Positions 35,931 through 48,350 of a stretch of 64,000 bases of DNA are shown one piece after another. Within the stretch, counting starts at the first letter, position 1. The number at the start of each line of letters is the position of its first letter. A program made the translations under genes and the position numbers. Under the pieces are notes generated by a model. It worked only from the letters and a program-made list of their open reading frames with translations. It was not told the origin of the DNA and made no database searches. This DNA comes from Vicugna vicugna. Taxonomy: Eukaryota. The DNA lies in NCBI GenBank assembly GCA_013265495.1, contig MU058059.1:2889502-2953501 (forward strand), written 5' to 3'.

Positions 35931-36503
35931 GTCCCCGCCAGGACCGCAGTCTTTGTGAATGAGTCTCGGCCCAGAGAAGATGTTCAGTGAATGTATGCCC
36001 ACAGTAAATGCGTCTGGCCAGAAAGAAGGAAGAAGGGGACAGGGGGAGGGAGAAAGGGAAGGAAGGAAGAAAAGCAGTGTGATTGCACAGAGCTGTGGCC
36101 TTCCTGTGTAGGCGTGTGGACGGACACACTTACGGGAAGAGCACGCCCTTACAAAGTCCTTGGAGAAGTGCTATTTCTGTGTCATTCCGAGATGGAAGCC
36201 TTTACACTCATACAAGCTTCCTGGTCATACGGTAACTGGAGGGTTGAGCGTGAATTACTACACAGAAAGTGAATGTAACTCACTTGTGAAAACACAAGTT
36301 GCACTGTTGTGCCTTTTTTTTTTTGCCTATTAATACAAATGAGTAATAAATGGTGAGCAATCAGACTTGCCATTGACGGTACTGACGGGAAGGATGAGGA
36401 TACCGGCCGTTGCTGGAGGTCAGCCCTGACCAGTGAAAGGGGTGAACTGTTGTGATTTTTACCTTTACTTCCTTCTCCCTGTGCCTCCACCGACCGACCG
36501 GGG

Positions 36504-36569
36504 AAGCAGCACCGCCTTCACCTAGGAAACCGGTTCAAGCAGCACCGCCTTCACCTAGGAAACCGGTTC
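36504..36569. repeat. Perfect 33-bp tandem duplication
   Basis: aagcagcaccgccttcacctaggaaaccggttc at 36504-36536 and 36537-36569. Confidence 0.97.
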
Positions 36570-36892
36570 TCAGCTCGCCGGCGGAGACAGGAGGCCGCAC
36601 CCTTTCTCATTACAAATTTGCTTTTGCAGCTGGTCTCCTGGGACCCGGCGAGGACAGAAACCTAATCCGAGGCCCAGCACCCCCCTGCTGACCCCTGAGG
36701 GTCGAGCTGGAGCCTGTCTAGACTGTGAAACACGCCCATTGTGCCCCTTGAGATGGAGACTCCAAGGTGGTTTTGTTCTGAAGATGATGAAGCAGTGCGA
36801 CTGCTCTCTGGATTGTGAGCGTGCCAGGCCCCGGGTGTCCAGCTCTCCTCTTCCCCAGGTTCCGGGGAGCCGCAGGTTAGCACTGAACTTGC

Positions 36893-36984
36893 GGGGGGAG
36901 GGCTCAGCTCAGCGGTAGAGCGCATGCTCAGCGTGCACGAGGTCCTGGGTTCAATCCCCAGTCCCTCCATTAAAAAAAGAAGAA
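36893..36984 (+). mobile_element. Vic-1-like tRNA-derived SINE
   Basis: 'ggggagggctcagctcagcggtagag...ctgggttcaatccccagtccctccattaaaaaaa'; TSD agcactgaacttg (36879-36891)/agcattgaacttg (36985-36997), 12/13 identical. Confidence 0.85.
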
Positions 36985-37089
36985 AGCATTGAACTTGAGA
37001 CGGGGGTGGGGGGGACAAAGACCCCGGTTCCGACTTTAGTTATGTTAATTAAGAGAGCCTGCGGGGACAATAGGGCTCTGTGGTCTTTA

Positions 37090-38230
37090 TCCGCGGCTGT
37101 GGCGGCGGCGGGTCCCTTCTGGGCCCATTGTTGCCAGGGATCGGCGACCCCCGGGCCGCGCTCCAGCTGTATGCAAAGTGCGCGGGCGGGCGCAGGAGGA
37201 GACGCTCCGGCACCAGCGCCTCCCTCCAGGCCTCCTTTGGATGATCTCAGCCGCTACCAGCAGCTTTGGCTACCAGGTGCTACTCTAAGTCCTTCGCAGT
37301 GAAACGACTTAATTCTTACAACAGCCTGGAGGTGGGTGCTGCCAGCGCTCTGATTGCAGACGGGGTCTCACTAACGCACAGTCGGCGCCCCCGGCCCGAG
37401 TTGGGGCGGGGGGAGTGGCCCAGAGGGGAGGCTCGCGCCGCCTCCAGGTGGCTGCTCCCGCCCTCACTCGCTGTCGGCCCGTCTGTCGCCTGCCGTCTAG
37501 CGTGACCGCCGGGGCCTGGACCCTGAGCCGCCTGGTGCGCCTGGCCCGGATCGCTCCCGCCTGAGCACCGCGGGCCGCGAGGCCAAGGGCAGCTCCCCGG
37601 CGTAGCCCTCCCTGCAGGACAGTCAGGTCGGAGGGAGAAGACACCTCTTCCTTGTGCAAAGCGAGGCTGTCTGTGTGTCTTACCCCCGGGAGAACGTGAC
37701 CGGCTCAGTGATTGTAACCGCCGTTCCAGGGGCGTCCGCTCGAAGCCGGTGGTGGCTGCCCTGCGCGGGAGGCGGGCGGGCGGGCGGACCCGCCCCGCGC
37801 AGTGAGCGAAGGAAGGCGGTGCAGCCGCAGAGAAGGCGCGGGTGGCGACTGAGCAGAGGGTGCAGTGGAGGAGCGGATGCTGAGACGGGTGTCCGAAACC
37901 GGCTCTCAGAGGAAGGGGCCGCGAGCTGAGACCCGCGGACAGACGAGGCACGCGTGCAACTGAGGTGACTGTGCACGTTCGCTTGCTGATCTGGAACAGC
38001 AGATTCAAAAATGCTACGTCCCCGGGGGTCAGGACGTTATCGGCACCGCCCTCCTCCCCCGCCGCCAGCCCTCCCAGCGCTCCCCCGCCAAGTGTGCTCG
38101 GGGTTGGAAGTTAGCCAGCCCCGCAGCAGCCGGTGGACCCCTCGCCGCACACTCGCTGCTTCTCCGAGTGGCACTGTGAGAGCAGTTAGCATCCGCTGAC
38201 CATTCGCCGGGCACTGCGGAGGGAGGAAAG
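37090..38230. promoter_or_regulatory. Second orphan CpG island (intergenic)
   Basis: Dense CpG; tandem GGGCGG boxes at 37771-37787 and CCCGCCCC at 37789-37796; MIR-like relic at ~37265-37385 inside it. Confidence 0.7.
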
Positions 38231-40398
38231 TCAGTCGTGGGTGATTTGAAGAGTGCTGTATTTGACTTTGTACTGAACTCGATCCAGTCGTCCCTGTGTG
38301 TGCGACGGGTCTTATCCAGTCCTCCCTTTACAGTGGAGGCTGGGCATGGATGTGACTTCCCCAGAGCCACACGTTTAGAGCCTGGCAGAGCCTGGTAGGG
38401 AATGATACTGGACAAAAGCTTTTCCTCCCAAAGTGAACAGGAGGAGAAGCGTGGCTGGGAGGTGATCGCAGTCACACACGTTCACTGCAGCTGGTGGTGC
38501 AATGCTATTTCACATAATTTGGTCAAACAATTTGGAAAATTACAGCTCATCCGAAGGAGAAAAATGCCCCTTCTTAGAACTTTGACGTTTCCTCGTCTAA
38601 ATTCTTCCAGGAAGCAGTAGTGTAAATACAGGAGTCGCTCTGTTAAGTATAAACACAGTGAAACACATCTTCAGATTTTCTTCCCTCCCAACATGAAAAT
38701 GATTGAAAAACAGTCAAAGTTCCCAAAGGAGATAACTCCACCGTGTTCCCACGGTGCCTGGTTAGCCGGTGGTTGATGTGACATGTGGTGAATAATCATG
38801 ACTTATCGCCATCTTACTGCGGACACCCAGGGAGGGGCTGGGAGCACAGGCGGTGGGACCAGAGTGTCCCTGTCACCTCTACCTGCAGTGTAGGACCCCC
38901 ACCTCACCTTTTGTGGAAAGTCGTGATGGGTCAGAACGCTAGCAATAAAAACACAGCTTCTGTTTGTCCTAGAAGGTCCTAAAAATATTGGTAAAATTGA
39001 AATTAAAAAAAAAAAGGAAAGCCAGCAAAAAAAGGAAGGAGGGGAGGGGAGAAAGGAATCTTCCAGAAGAGAACCTGCCCCGACAGGAGCAGGCTGATTT
39101 TTATAAACCACTGTCTCTGCTGGTTGGGCTTACAAAGTGGGTTGGTTTTATTCTCCCATAAAGTGTCTCAAAGTAACACACATGCTGTGACATCCACACA
39201 TTCAGTCAAGCATTTGGATTTCAGTTAATGATGTGGTTTAGACCCCTGAGATCCAGGTACGATTTTACACATTCATAATTTTTCTGTCACCTTTTCTGCC
39301 AAAGAAGAAAAAAAGTCTTTGACAAATGGTCACACTTCTCTGGAGTGTGAAGAGGAGAGGTATGTGACTTCCCTGGTGTCCTGAGCTGGCAGACCTGCGT
39401 CTCGCGTGGAGCCTGGCTCAGAATGTGCAGGAACCCTGAGGGGACACTAGCTCTGTGGCTTTAAGGGAGCGGGTGAGGGCTAGAGGCCATGCTCCATGCA
39501 GTTAACCAGAGTCCTCTACCGGGTTCCCCAGCCCTGAAGGCTTGGGGAGGAAGTGAGGAGGAGGAGAAATGAATCTTTATCGAGTGGCTGGCTACGCGTT
39601 GGATGTTTGGGGTGCTGTGGAGGTAGGTGCCCTGGTCCCCTTCCTTTACAGCTGACACCGTTTACCCCACTCCCCACCCAGATGCCTGCAGGGCTGCTGG
39701 GCTCCATCCCCACCGCCCTGGGGCAGACAGGGGCCCAGATTTTCTCTCCTGGGAACCCTGGGACACAGGTGCTGAGAAAAGGAGCTGGATAGCTGTCGGG
39801 AGCAGAGCTACGAGGCATGTGTGGTCAGCAGCCCAAAACCATCCCTGCAGGGGACCCATCCCACAGGCAGGGAGAGTACCAGCGAAAAGAGGCACAGGAG
39901 CCCAGGCTGGCAGCTTGCAGAGAGACGCAGAGACAGAGGGTCTCCGAGTCCCTCGCGCAGCGTGGCTGGGCACCATGTCCTTCAGGTCTGAGGGCGTAGC
40001 TCTCTGTCCTCAGGAAAGCCCCCTTCTAGGCATATGTCCCCGACCACCCCCAAAAAGCATGCACCCCAAGCCCAGCCTGGGAAGGAGCCTGATTTTGTGT
40101 GATGCAATTCCCAGGCTACTTCCAGGAAGAAAATAGCATTCTAGTTTTTTAAAAATTAGAACAATTTAACAAATAATAAACTTTAAGGGGATACAGAAAT
40201 TGTTCTGGGAAACTCGACACCCACCCACCCAGTCAAGTGAGACAAAAGTGAGCTTTAATTAAAAATCCTTTTTTTACTGTGTCTGATCTGACAACAATCA
40301 TCCAATAACCTCCTTTTCCTATAATATGTCCCTGGCGAGAGTGAACTGTATGCCTCCTCCAGGGGCCTTTACTTCTGTGTGCAAGATTGCACCAAACC

Positions 40399-40518
40399 GG
40401 GGGAGGGTGTAGCTCAGTGGCAGCGTGCGTGCCTAGCATGCATGAGGTCCCGGGTTCAATCCCCAGTACCTCTGTTAAATAGATAAATAAACCTAATTAC
40501 CTCCCCCCAGACCCACCC
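40399..40518 (+). mobile_element. Vic-1-like tRNA-derived SINE
   Basis: 'gggggagggtgtagctcagtggc...gggttcaatccccagtacctctgttaaatagataaataaacctaattacctcccc'; TSD aagattgcaccaaacc (40383-40398)/aagatgacactaaatc (40519-40534), 12/16 identical. Confidence 0.85.
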
Positions 40519-41541
40519 AAAGATGACACTAAATCTCAGACCCTGATCGTAATCACCTGTGAAATCTGCTTAGGTCAGCCATGCGCCGAGGCCACGGAGG
40601 TCAAACTGGTCAAACCATGATTTCTCCTGGGGACTTGCTGCAAACCCTGATTCCCAAGTCTTGCCCCAGGCCTGTGGCTAGAGCCCTGAACGGAGCTACA
40701 AGAGGACTCTGAAGCTTCTGAAGGTTTCCTTTTTGGGACTCCTTTAAGGCTCGCCTTTGGATGGGTTCACCGAATACGCTCGAATACACTCTGCTGCGGA
40801 GGCCAAAGGCTGAGACGGGCCCAGTGAAAAGTGCACCTGTTGCTCACACCCAGCCGGGAGCTTTGTTTGCTGTTTGACCTGCCCCGTGGGAACTCCAGGC
40901 TGTGGATCTGCCCGGGCTCCCCACCCCAAGGAGGTTAATGAGGAGCTTCTCCCAGGGAGCAGGCCCAGCGAGTCGGCCAGGCTCTGATGTGCAGGCAGAT
41001 CCCTGCCGGGCCACTTCCACCCAGGCATTTAGCTTGGGGAACGTCCTGTCCCCAAACGGGAGGGCTCCAAGCTGACCGCTGGCAAGGGCTGGCGTCTGTC
41101 AGTCTGTAGGAGAGAGGGCAGGGAAGGAGTCTGAGTGACTGAGAAGGCGGATTTGGAAGAGACAAAAGTGGTCACCTCCTTTCCAGACCATTCCTCACTG
41201 GCCCCCTCCCACCCCCATCCAGGAAAAGCTGCTCACCTTTCCTTTGTGCCCCCCGCACCCCTCTCCCTACACAGTGTCACCCGTTAACCTTGCTTCTACC
41301 TGGCTCCTTAACAAGGCACTTTGAGGGCCAAGGCGGCGATCAGTCATCTTGTGTTCTCTGTGTCTGGCAAAATTTATTTGCTGAGTGAGCTTTAAGTAGG
41401 GCTGATTCAAGTGTTTGGGTGGGAAAGACAGTCAGATCCTACGACCTGTTCCGGCAAAGCTTCCTGACTCTACAGGTTCCTTTTGGGCACACACATGAGC
41501 ATGCACGTGCGCACACATGCACACACACCTACACACATCTT

Positions 41542-42253
41542 TTTTTTAAGTGAAGTTAGTTGAGTTTCAATGTATTAGTTTCAGGTGTACAGCAAAGTGA
41601 TTTAGTTACGCATATACATACATTCTTTTTCAGATCCTTTTCCATTATAGGTTATTAAGAGATACTGAATAGAGTTCCCTGTGCTGTACAGTAGGTCCTT
41701 GTTGTTCATCTGTTTTATATGTAGTAGTTAATATCTGCTAATCACATATTTCTAATTTATCCCTCCCCCAGTTGCCCTTTTGGTAACCATCAGTTTGTTT
41801 TCTCTGTCTGAGTCTGTTTCTGTTTTATAAATAAGTTCACTTGTATAATTTTTTTAGATCCACATATAAGTGATATCACTTGATATTTGTCTTTCTCTGC
41901 CTCACTTACTTTAGTTAGTATGATAATCGCCAGGTTCATCCATGTTGCTGCAAATTGCATTATTCTTTTTTGTGGCTGAGTAATACTCCATTGTAGATAC
42001 ATACCACAACTTCTTTATTCAGTCATCTGTCAATGGGCATTTAGGTTGCTTCCATGTCTTGGTTGTTGTAAAAAGTGCTGCTGTGAACACTGGGGTCCAT
42101 GTATCTTTTTAATTGAGAGTTTTCATCTCTTCTAGATAGATTCCCCAGGCATGGGATTGCTGGGTCATAGGGTAAGTCCATTTTTAGTTTTTTAAGGAAC
42201 TTCCGTACTGTTCTCCATAGTGGCTGCACCAATTTACATTCCCACCAACACGA
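41542..42253 (-). mobile_element. 5'-truncated L1 with perfect TSD
   Basis: Antisense L1 3' UTR and ORF2 end (ORF 42041-42259 reads ...WWECKLVQPLWRTV..FLKKLKMDLPYDPAIP, the L1 ORF2 C-terminal region); 11-bp TSD acacacatctt at 41531-41541 and 42254-42264. Confidence 0.92.
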
Positions 42254-43044
42254 ACACACATCTTGGTGGTGATTTCAGGTCAGTTAAAATTCCTTTTCAG
42301 CTTCAAAAAGCTTCCAGAGGTTGTCACAGTTAATTGCAACGTTCCCTGAAGTTCCACCAGCTTCCTTCAAGACTGCACGTCAGTACTGCTCACACGTGGG
42401 GGCCTTTCAGTTCCCACCGCTGAGCCAGAGAAACATCTTGAGGATTCAAACTGCATTTTGTCAACCTGGTCAGTTCATTAAGGGCTGGTCAGAGGTGGAC
42501 CGTTGTGTTTCCAGTAAACAAGAGTCCCCTAAGGAAGGGAGGGTGCCAATAAGACATTACTTTCTTGGTTGAGCTCCGAGGGCACCACCCAGGGACTTGC
42601 AGTGCCATTTACATATAAACAGTATAATTGCATTGAAAGCAGGAGCTGGCAGAATTAGGCTGGTGCTTGATATGCTAATTACAATTCTCTCTAATCTATG
42701 GAGGCTGTTTGGAAAGAGAATTTTGAATTGGAGAGAATTGAAACCCAGTGAGGTTGGCTTGCCCAAAGGTGACAGGGCTGATTAATTGGAAATTTTCTGT
42801 TTTTCAAATGTGCATAAGGTCCTTTTACAGTATCTCATTTAATCCTTGCAAGGGTTCTTGGATGAGTATTTCATTACTATTGGCACCATGCTGTTGGTGG
42901 AGAAGGGAAGTCACATGTAGTGGGTGTGGAAATATGTTGTGATCTGCCATGATTGCAGCTTATGTCAGCCTGGTCCCTGAGTGAGGCATTTGCAGGTCAT
43001 TTTTTTGCTATGGAGCAGAGCTAAGACTGGGTGTTCCCATTCTT

Positions 43045-43295
43045 TTTTCTTTTTTTTTTTTTTTTTAAATTGAAGTATAGTCAGTTTACAATGTTGCGTC
43101 AGTTTCCAGTGTGCAGCATAATCTTTCAGTCATACATATACATACATAGATTCCTTTTCGTATTTCTTTTCATTATAGGTTACTACAAAGTATTGAATAT
43201 AGTTCACTGTGCTGTACAGTGTAAACTTGTTGCTTATCTATTTTATATATACAGTAGTTAGTAAATCATCTTGTTTATTTTATATATAGTAGTTA
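43045..43295 (-). mobile_element. L1 3' tail (antisense)
   Basis: Poly-T plus 'aaattgaagtatagtcagtttacaatg...cattataggttac...tgtgctgtacag'. Confidence 0.8.
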
Positions 43296-43297
43296 GT

Positions 43298-43440
43298 AGT
43301 AATAAGCTATAATGGAAAAGAATCTGAAAAAGAATGTATATGTATATATGTATAGCTGAATTGCTTTGCTGTACACCTGAAACTAACACTGTAAGTCAAC
43401 TACAATTAAAAAATTAAAATTAAAAAATAAGTTTAAAAAA
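43298..43440 (+). mobile_element. L1 3' tail (sense)
   Basis: 'ctataatggaaaagaatctgaaaaagaat...tgctgtacacctgaaactaacactgtaagtcaactacaattaaaaa'. Confidence 0.8.
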
Positions 43441-44900
43441 GTGTGCCTTACTCCTTACATGCGTTAAGCTGGGACACACATTAAAGCTTGTTTAAGTTCA
43501 ACTCCCTAATTTCACAGATTAGGTCTCAAAGGCCCAGGAAAACTGAGCTATTTTGTCCAAGGTAGTTGAACAAATCACAGTGACCAGGCATAGAACCACA
43601 TTGTTTTAGCTCTTCATTCATAAAATTTGCTTATCAGTGATTTTACACAGAATTAATAATTAAAATGTATTTTTTGTGTGTGATTGTATACAGTGTCCCA
43701 TCTCCTGAATTAATCAGGAAACGTATTTCATAAGTACAGTCTGCTCTGGAACCTCCTATAAACGCCGGTTGTATTTCTGCTTTCCATGTAGACCTCCTCT
43801 TATTTTGTACGTGGAAATGAGCATGGACTTCGGGCAGGGAAGCCAGAGTCAGCAGAAGAAGTGGTTATAGGCATCGTGTGTCCATTTCTGTTATGAAGGG
43901 TCGTAACTCTGTAAGTGGAGGAATAAATAATGGTGAATTACAAAAAAAAAAACGCAGCACAAGACATGCCAGCCAGCTCAGAATCTGTCTGGGGAGGTGA
44001 GTAATGCTCTACATTAAAGAGGTGACGACGGAACTGATTAATTTCCCTGACGTTTTCAGAATGTGCATGCTGCCGACCAGAAAAGACAGAGTAGTTTGAT
44101 GAATTTTCCTTTTTTGAAAAAGATATTTTCCATATACATCAAGCTGAGAATCCCACAGTTTTTTTTTAAATAACTTTAAATCTTAGCAGTCATGTTGTAT
44201 GAGGAAAGAAGTCCGAACTTTTTAAGTTTAGCAAACATGCCAAAAGCTTGCATCAGGGAACACTGCTTCGTTTAATGAAAGGACGTGCCTTAGAGTCACC
44301 AGCCTCCACTTCCTCGCCCCTGGAGGGGACACTTGTAGGATCTGCTATTTCCTTTGTGTGGGGGAAGGATGCTATCCCAACACCCACCACAAGGGGGCAC
44401 CCGCCCGCAAGACCGCAGCACTGTCTCCGCTGGAGCCGCAGTTCCCAGCACCGGTAGCAACTCGTCCTGCCTTTTCTTACAAAGGCCCTTTAGTTTCGTG
44501 AAATGAGAATCAGGTGGCGTCTCTCCCTAAACACGCATTTGTAAAAAATAAATATATTGCTAAAAGAGAAATAATAAGACTGTAATTTATAACAGAGTAA
44601 TATGTATTTCAACATATAAAGCGTAGGTACAAATACTAGAAAATATGTATAAAGAAGTACTCAGATCTTCTATATAGAGACAACTGCTAAGATGCAGGCA
44701 CATACACGTGTGTTTCCTCAGTGACTCAAGTGCATTGAGTGGTGCTACCAATGATGAAGCAATCAAAGATGAAAAACTATTCCCTGTAAATCTCCCGATA
44801 AAATTAAGTCGTCTTAATTTCTCTTGCAGCTGCATTCTTTTAAAAACTTAAGTACCTATCAAAACAACATGAAACAATGCTGCTGTATATGTAATAAAAG

Positions 44901-45251
44901 TGTTATGTTTATGTGTAAAACAGGGCCCCCCAAATTCATGTGAAATCCTGATGCCCGGTGTGATGGTATTAGGAGACCAGGCCTTAGGGAAGTGATTAGC
45001 TCATGGTGGTGGAGGCTGCATGGCTGGGATATGTGCCCTGAAAGAGAGGCCCCAGACCTCACCTCTTCTGCCAGGTGAGGACATAGAAGATGGCGGTCTG
45101 CAGCCCAGGAGCGGGTCCTCCCCAGACCCTGACCTTGCTGTGCCTGGAACTCAGACTTCCAGCCTCCAGAACTGTGAGAAGTAAGCGCCTGCTGTTTCCA
45201 CGCCACCCGGTGTGTGGGGCTCTGTTGCAGCAGCCCGAGTGCAAGAAAACA
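44901..45251 (+). mobile_element. MaLR solo LTR (MLT1A-like)
   Basis: TG...CA ends; 'ccccccaaattcatgtgaaatcc...gtgatggtattagg...gtgaggacatag...gacttccagcctccagaactgtgagaa' are MLT1 hallmarks. Confidence 0.8.
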
Positions 45252-47788
45252 GACAGTTACATTCTAGGCTCAGCTGATGGTAAGCAGATTTTTTTTTTTT
45301 TTTTTTACCTTCAGGCATGTTTCAGGAGGATGTTTGGAAGTCGTGTGGTATGTGGGACAGTTCTCTGGGAATACTGCAAAGCATCCAGCATCCAGCACTT
45401 AAGACTGACTCTGGGACAGGCCCAGATGTCGTGATGCTGTCCCCAGTTGGGGCTTCACTGGCTGAACTTTCATCATCATGATCTCTGCACCCCATCCCCC
45501 GGAATCTCACAGCAGCCTCGGAAGGATTTGAAGGACTTTCAAACAGAACCAGGAGGAAATGCAAGTAACAAGCATGTGACACTTGGCGCCGCGTGAGAAA
45601 ACACCAACCCGAGGCTTCTCGGGGGAGGGCAGAGAGTCATCTGTATCAAACGCCTTTGTTAAAAGTTCCAGGCTCCGCTCCACACCCTTGAGATCAGCTC
45701 TCGGGAGGACATGGCCATGGAGCCCGCGCGTTTAATAAGCTCACCAGGTAGGTCTCAGGCATTCACAGTTTAAGGGCCTCTGAGGCCATCGTCCTATCAC
45801 ACAGTGGCCGGTCTGGCCAGGCCCCCGCGGCATTTTGGCAGTAACCCTGCAGGGGCAGCCGGGAGGCCCGGCACCCCCAGGAAGGCCACCTGACTTCACC
45901 TATTTCCTTTTCAACCCTAGCTTTCCTGAAGCACCATAAAAATAGCCCGCTCAGTTAAAAAATCTCCTTTCCACTCTTTTTAAAGAGGATGATTTCTTAT
46001 GACTTAGACAAGGAATGATTTCATCCTCTAAACATGACTTTATGCTAAAACAAGGTAAAAACTGGAAAATAGGTACATGCCTTGTGGACAAGGTTTTGAG
46101 GGGGCAGCTCTGCTGATGACGGCAGAGCACTGCGGGAGGCGGAGTCCTGAGGCTGTCATATTTCTCTCCTCTATGAGCCCAAGTTAAAAAAAAAAAAAAG
46201 GTGTTTCTGTTTATATAACTGTATAGCCACAGACTCAATTTCTAACTCTCACTCCAAGTTTGCTTTGCTTACGTTTTAAAGCACTGGAGGGTATTCCACT
46301 GGTAGGAAATACTAGTGACGGTGATGGTGTTGATATTAACTCTTTACCCCAGGCCACACAAAGGGTCAGTGACAGGCAGGGTTTGACCCAGATCTACCTG
46401 AAGCCAAAGCTTCAGCTCTTGTCACTGTAGCTAGCACACTGCGCTTTGACAAGGTCATGGATACAATCGTAGGAAACTACGCCTGACACCAGGGCTGCCT
46501 GCAGGACCTTGGCCTGTGATCAGCCTCTGCAGAAGAATGGGAAATCAGAACCTTGGGGTGTAGTGCAGGTGTAGGGGTGAGGGAGGGAACGGAGGAGGTT
46601 ACCGATGGGAGCAGGTCATCCGGCGAAAGCTAGAACCCCAACAGGCCAGACTACAGAGGAGACCCGGCCACTCAGGAAGGGGCAGGGGGAGAGGGTACGT
46701 TCCCCAGTGTCTCCCTCGCTGTTACACCCCAATCTTCCGACAGCGCCTCCCAGTGGCTACACTCAGTCAACACACCCAGGAGCCCAGAGAGCCAAACTAT
46801 CCGTGGTTCCCTGGAAACACAGAGCAGCGCCAGGGAAGAGCAGGGGCTGGGTGTGAGGGCAGACAGACCAAGACAGGCACCCCCACACTGGATTTTGTTG
46901 TTGTTTTCCAAAACAAAGCACCTAAAGGCTCTTTTAAATAGTACCCCCCAATACCTTTAGACTAATTGATTTAGGAAGAACAAAACAATATTTTAAAATC
47001 TCATGTGACTTTCAAAACATCAATTATGCAAGCGGGTATCTCTGTAGACCTGCAGGCCGCTGACCCCTGGAGACAGAAAGTGTTATCATACACCGCCTCC
47101 TTGCCGATGGCCTGTGGAAGCAGTTGCCTGGCTAATAATTCAGAATATGGATTTTGTTTGACTTATTACCTGAGGGGAAGGGAGCTGGCTACAAACAGTA
47201 TGGTCGTCTGGCTGAGAATTTTGGAAGGGCTGCTCACTGGAACACTTTTGAGCTGGCCTTTGCACGATTGTATGCAGTGTGAGGAGCCGGCGCGCTTGGG
47301 CTGCGAGTCTTGGACATAATTCTTGAGAAATGTGAGGGTGTCAGAGACTCCAGGTCTCCGGAGGAAGGGCAGTCAGAAGGTTCCGGCGTTCCGGTCGGCT
47401 GTGCTCTGGGGATGGGCAGTGCCCCTTTCTGATTAACCAAGCGCTGGGCAGGGAGAGCTAACGCACCCCAGGGCGAGCTGGCTGGGCCGGGTGCCGGGGC
47501 AGGGAGCCCGTCGAGCCTCCCTGCAGGGTGGTCGACACCAGCGTCCTCCTTCTCCAAACGCCCCGTGGCACGCGGCTTCATGTCAGCGACGCCTGTGTCC
47601 TGTGTTTTGGAAGGACACAGCCAAGGTGGGAGATTTAAGGTGGAGGTCACAGCCTTTGGGGTCTGTTTTTTTTTTTTTGTCTCAGAAGTCTGTCTGCTTA
47701 TCTTTACTCCTTCTGAGACAGGAGGGAAGGGAGTGGGGCACAATCACTAAAAGAATGACATAGCCACTGAGAATACGACAAAAACAGG

Positions 47789-48236
47789 TGAAGACCTATT
47801 AGGCACCTGCTAGGCCCAAGATGGCGGAAGATCGGACCCCCAGTAGCCCTTGAGCCTCACTGTGCGCACGCTCGTTGTACTAGGTCAGCTGCCGAGCAGC
47901 ACACCCTCAGGCACCGAGACAGCTCCCAGGCTGACCATAAGAGGTCAAAAAGTGGCTGGGGCCCACTTCCAGGAAATCCCTGCCCCTTCCCCAAAACAGT
48001 TGGAATAGTCCTCCCACTTGTTAGCCTATGAAATTACCCAGCCTGTAAAAACCAACCACCCTATGCCCTGGGGCTTCTTGCCTTCTGAGATGGCAGCAGT
48101 ATCTGGGGGGGGGGGTGTCTCCCTTAATACCGCTACTTTCACTTAACATTGGCTCACTCGAATTTCTTTTCATGAGTGCAGCCGAGGACCCTCACTTGGT
48201 GGGGTGCATCTTAGGGACTCGCCGAGACCTGGGACA
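47789..48236 (+). mobile_element. ERV1-type solo LTR
   Basis: Starts TGAAGAC; 'ccaagatggcgg', 'gcctatgaaattacccagcctgtaaaaacc', 'gccttctgagatggc', U5-like 'ctcactcgaatttcttt'; ends ..gggaCA. Subfamily not determined. Confidence 0.65.
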
Positions 48237-48350
48237 CTACCACCATCTCCTGCCCCACCCCAGCAACTTGTAAGCATTGCTGGCCTTTGCCTCTGGGCAA
48301 GCCGAGTCAACACTGCAGGCTGGCCCTCACCGTCCTGTTCCCCACCGTCC

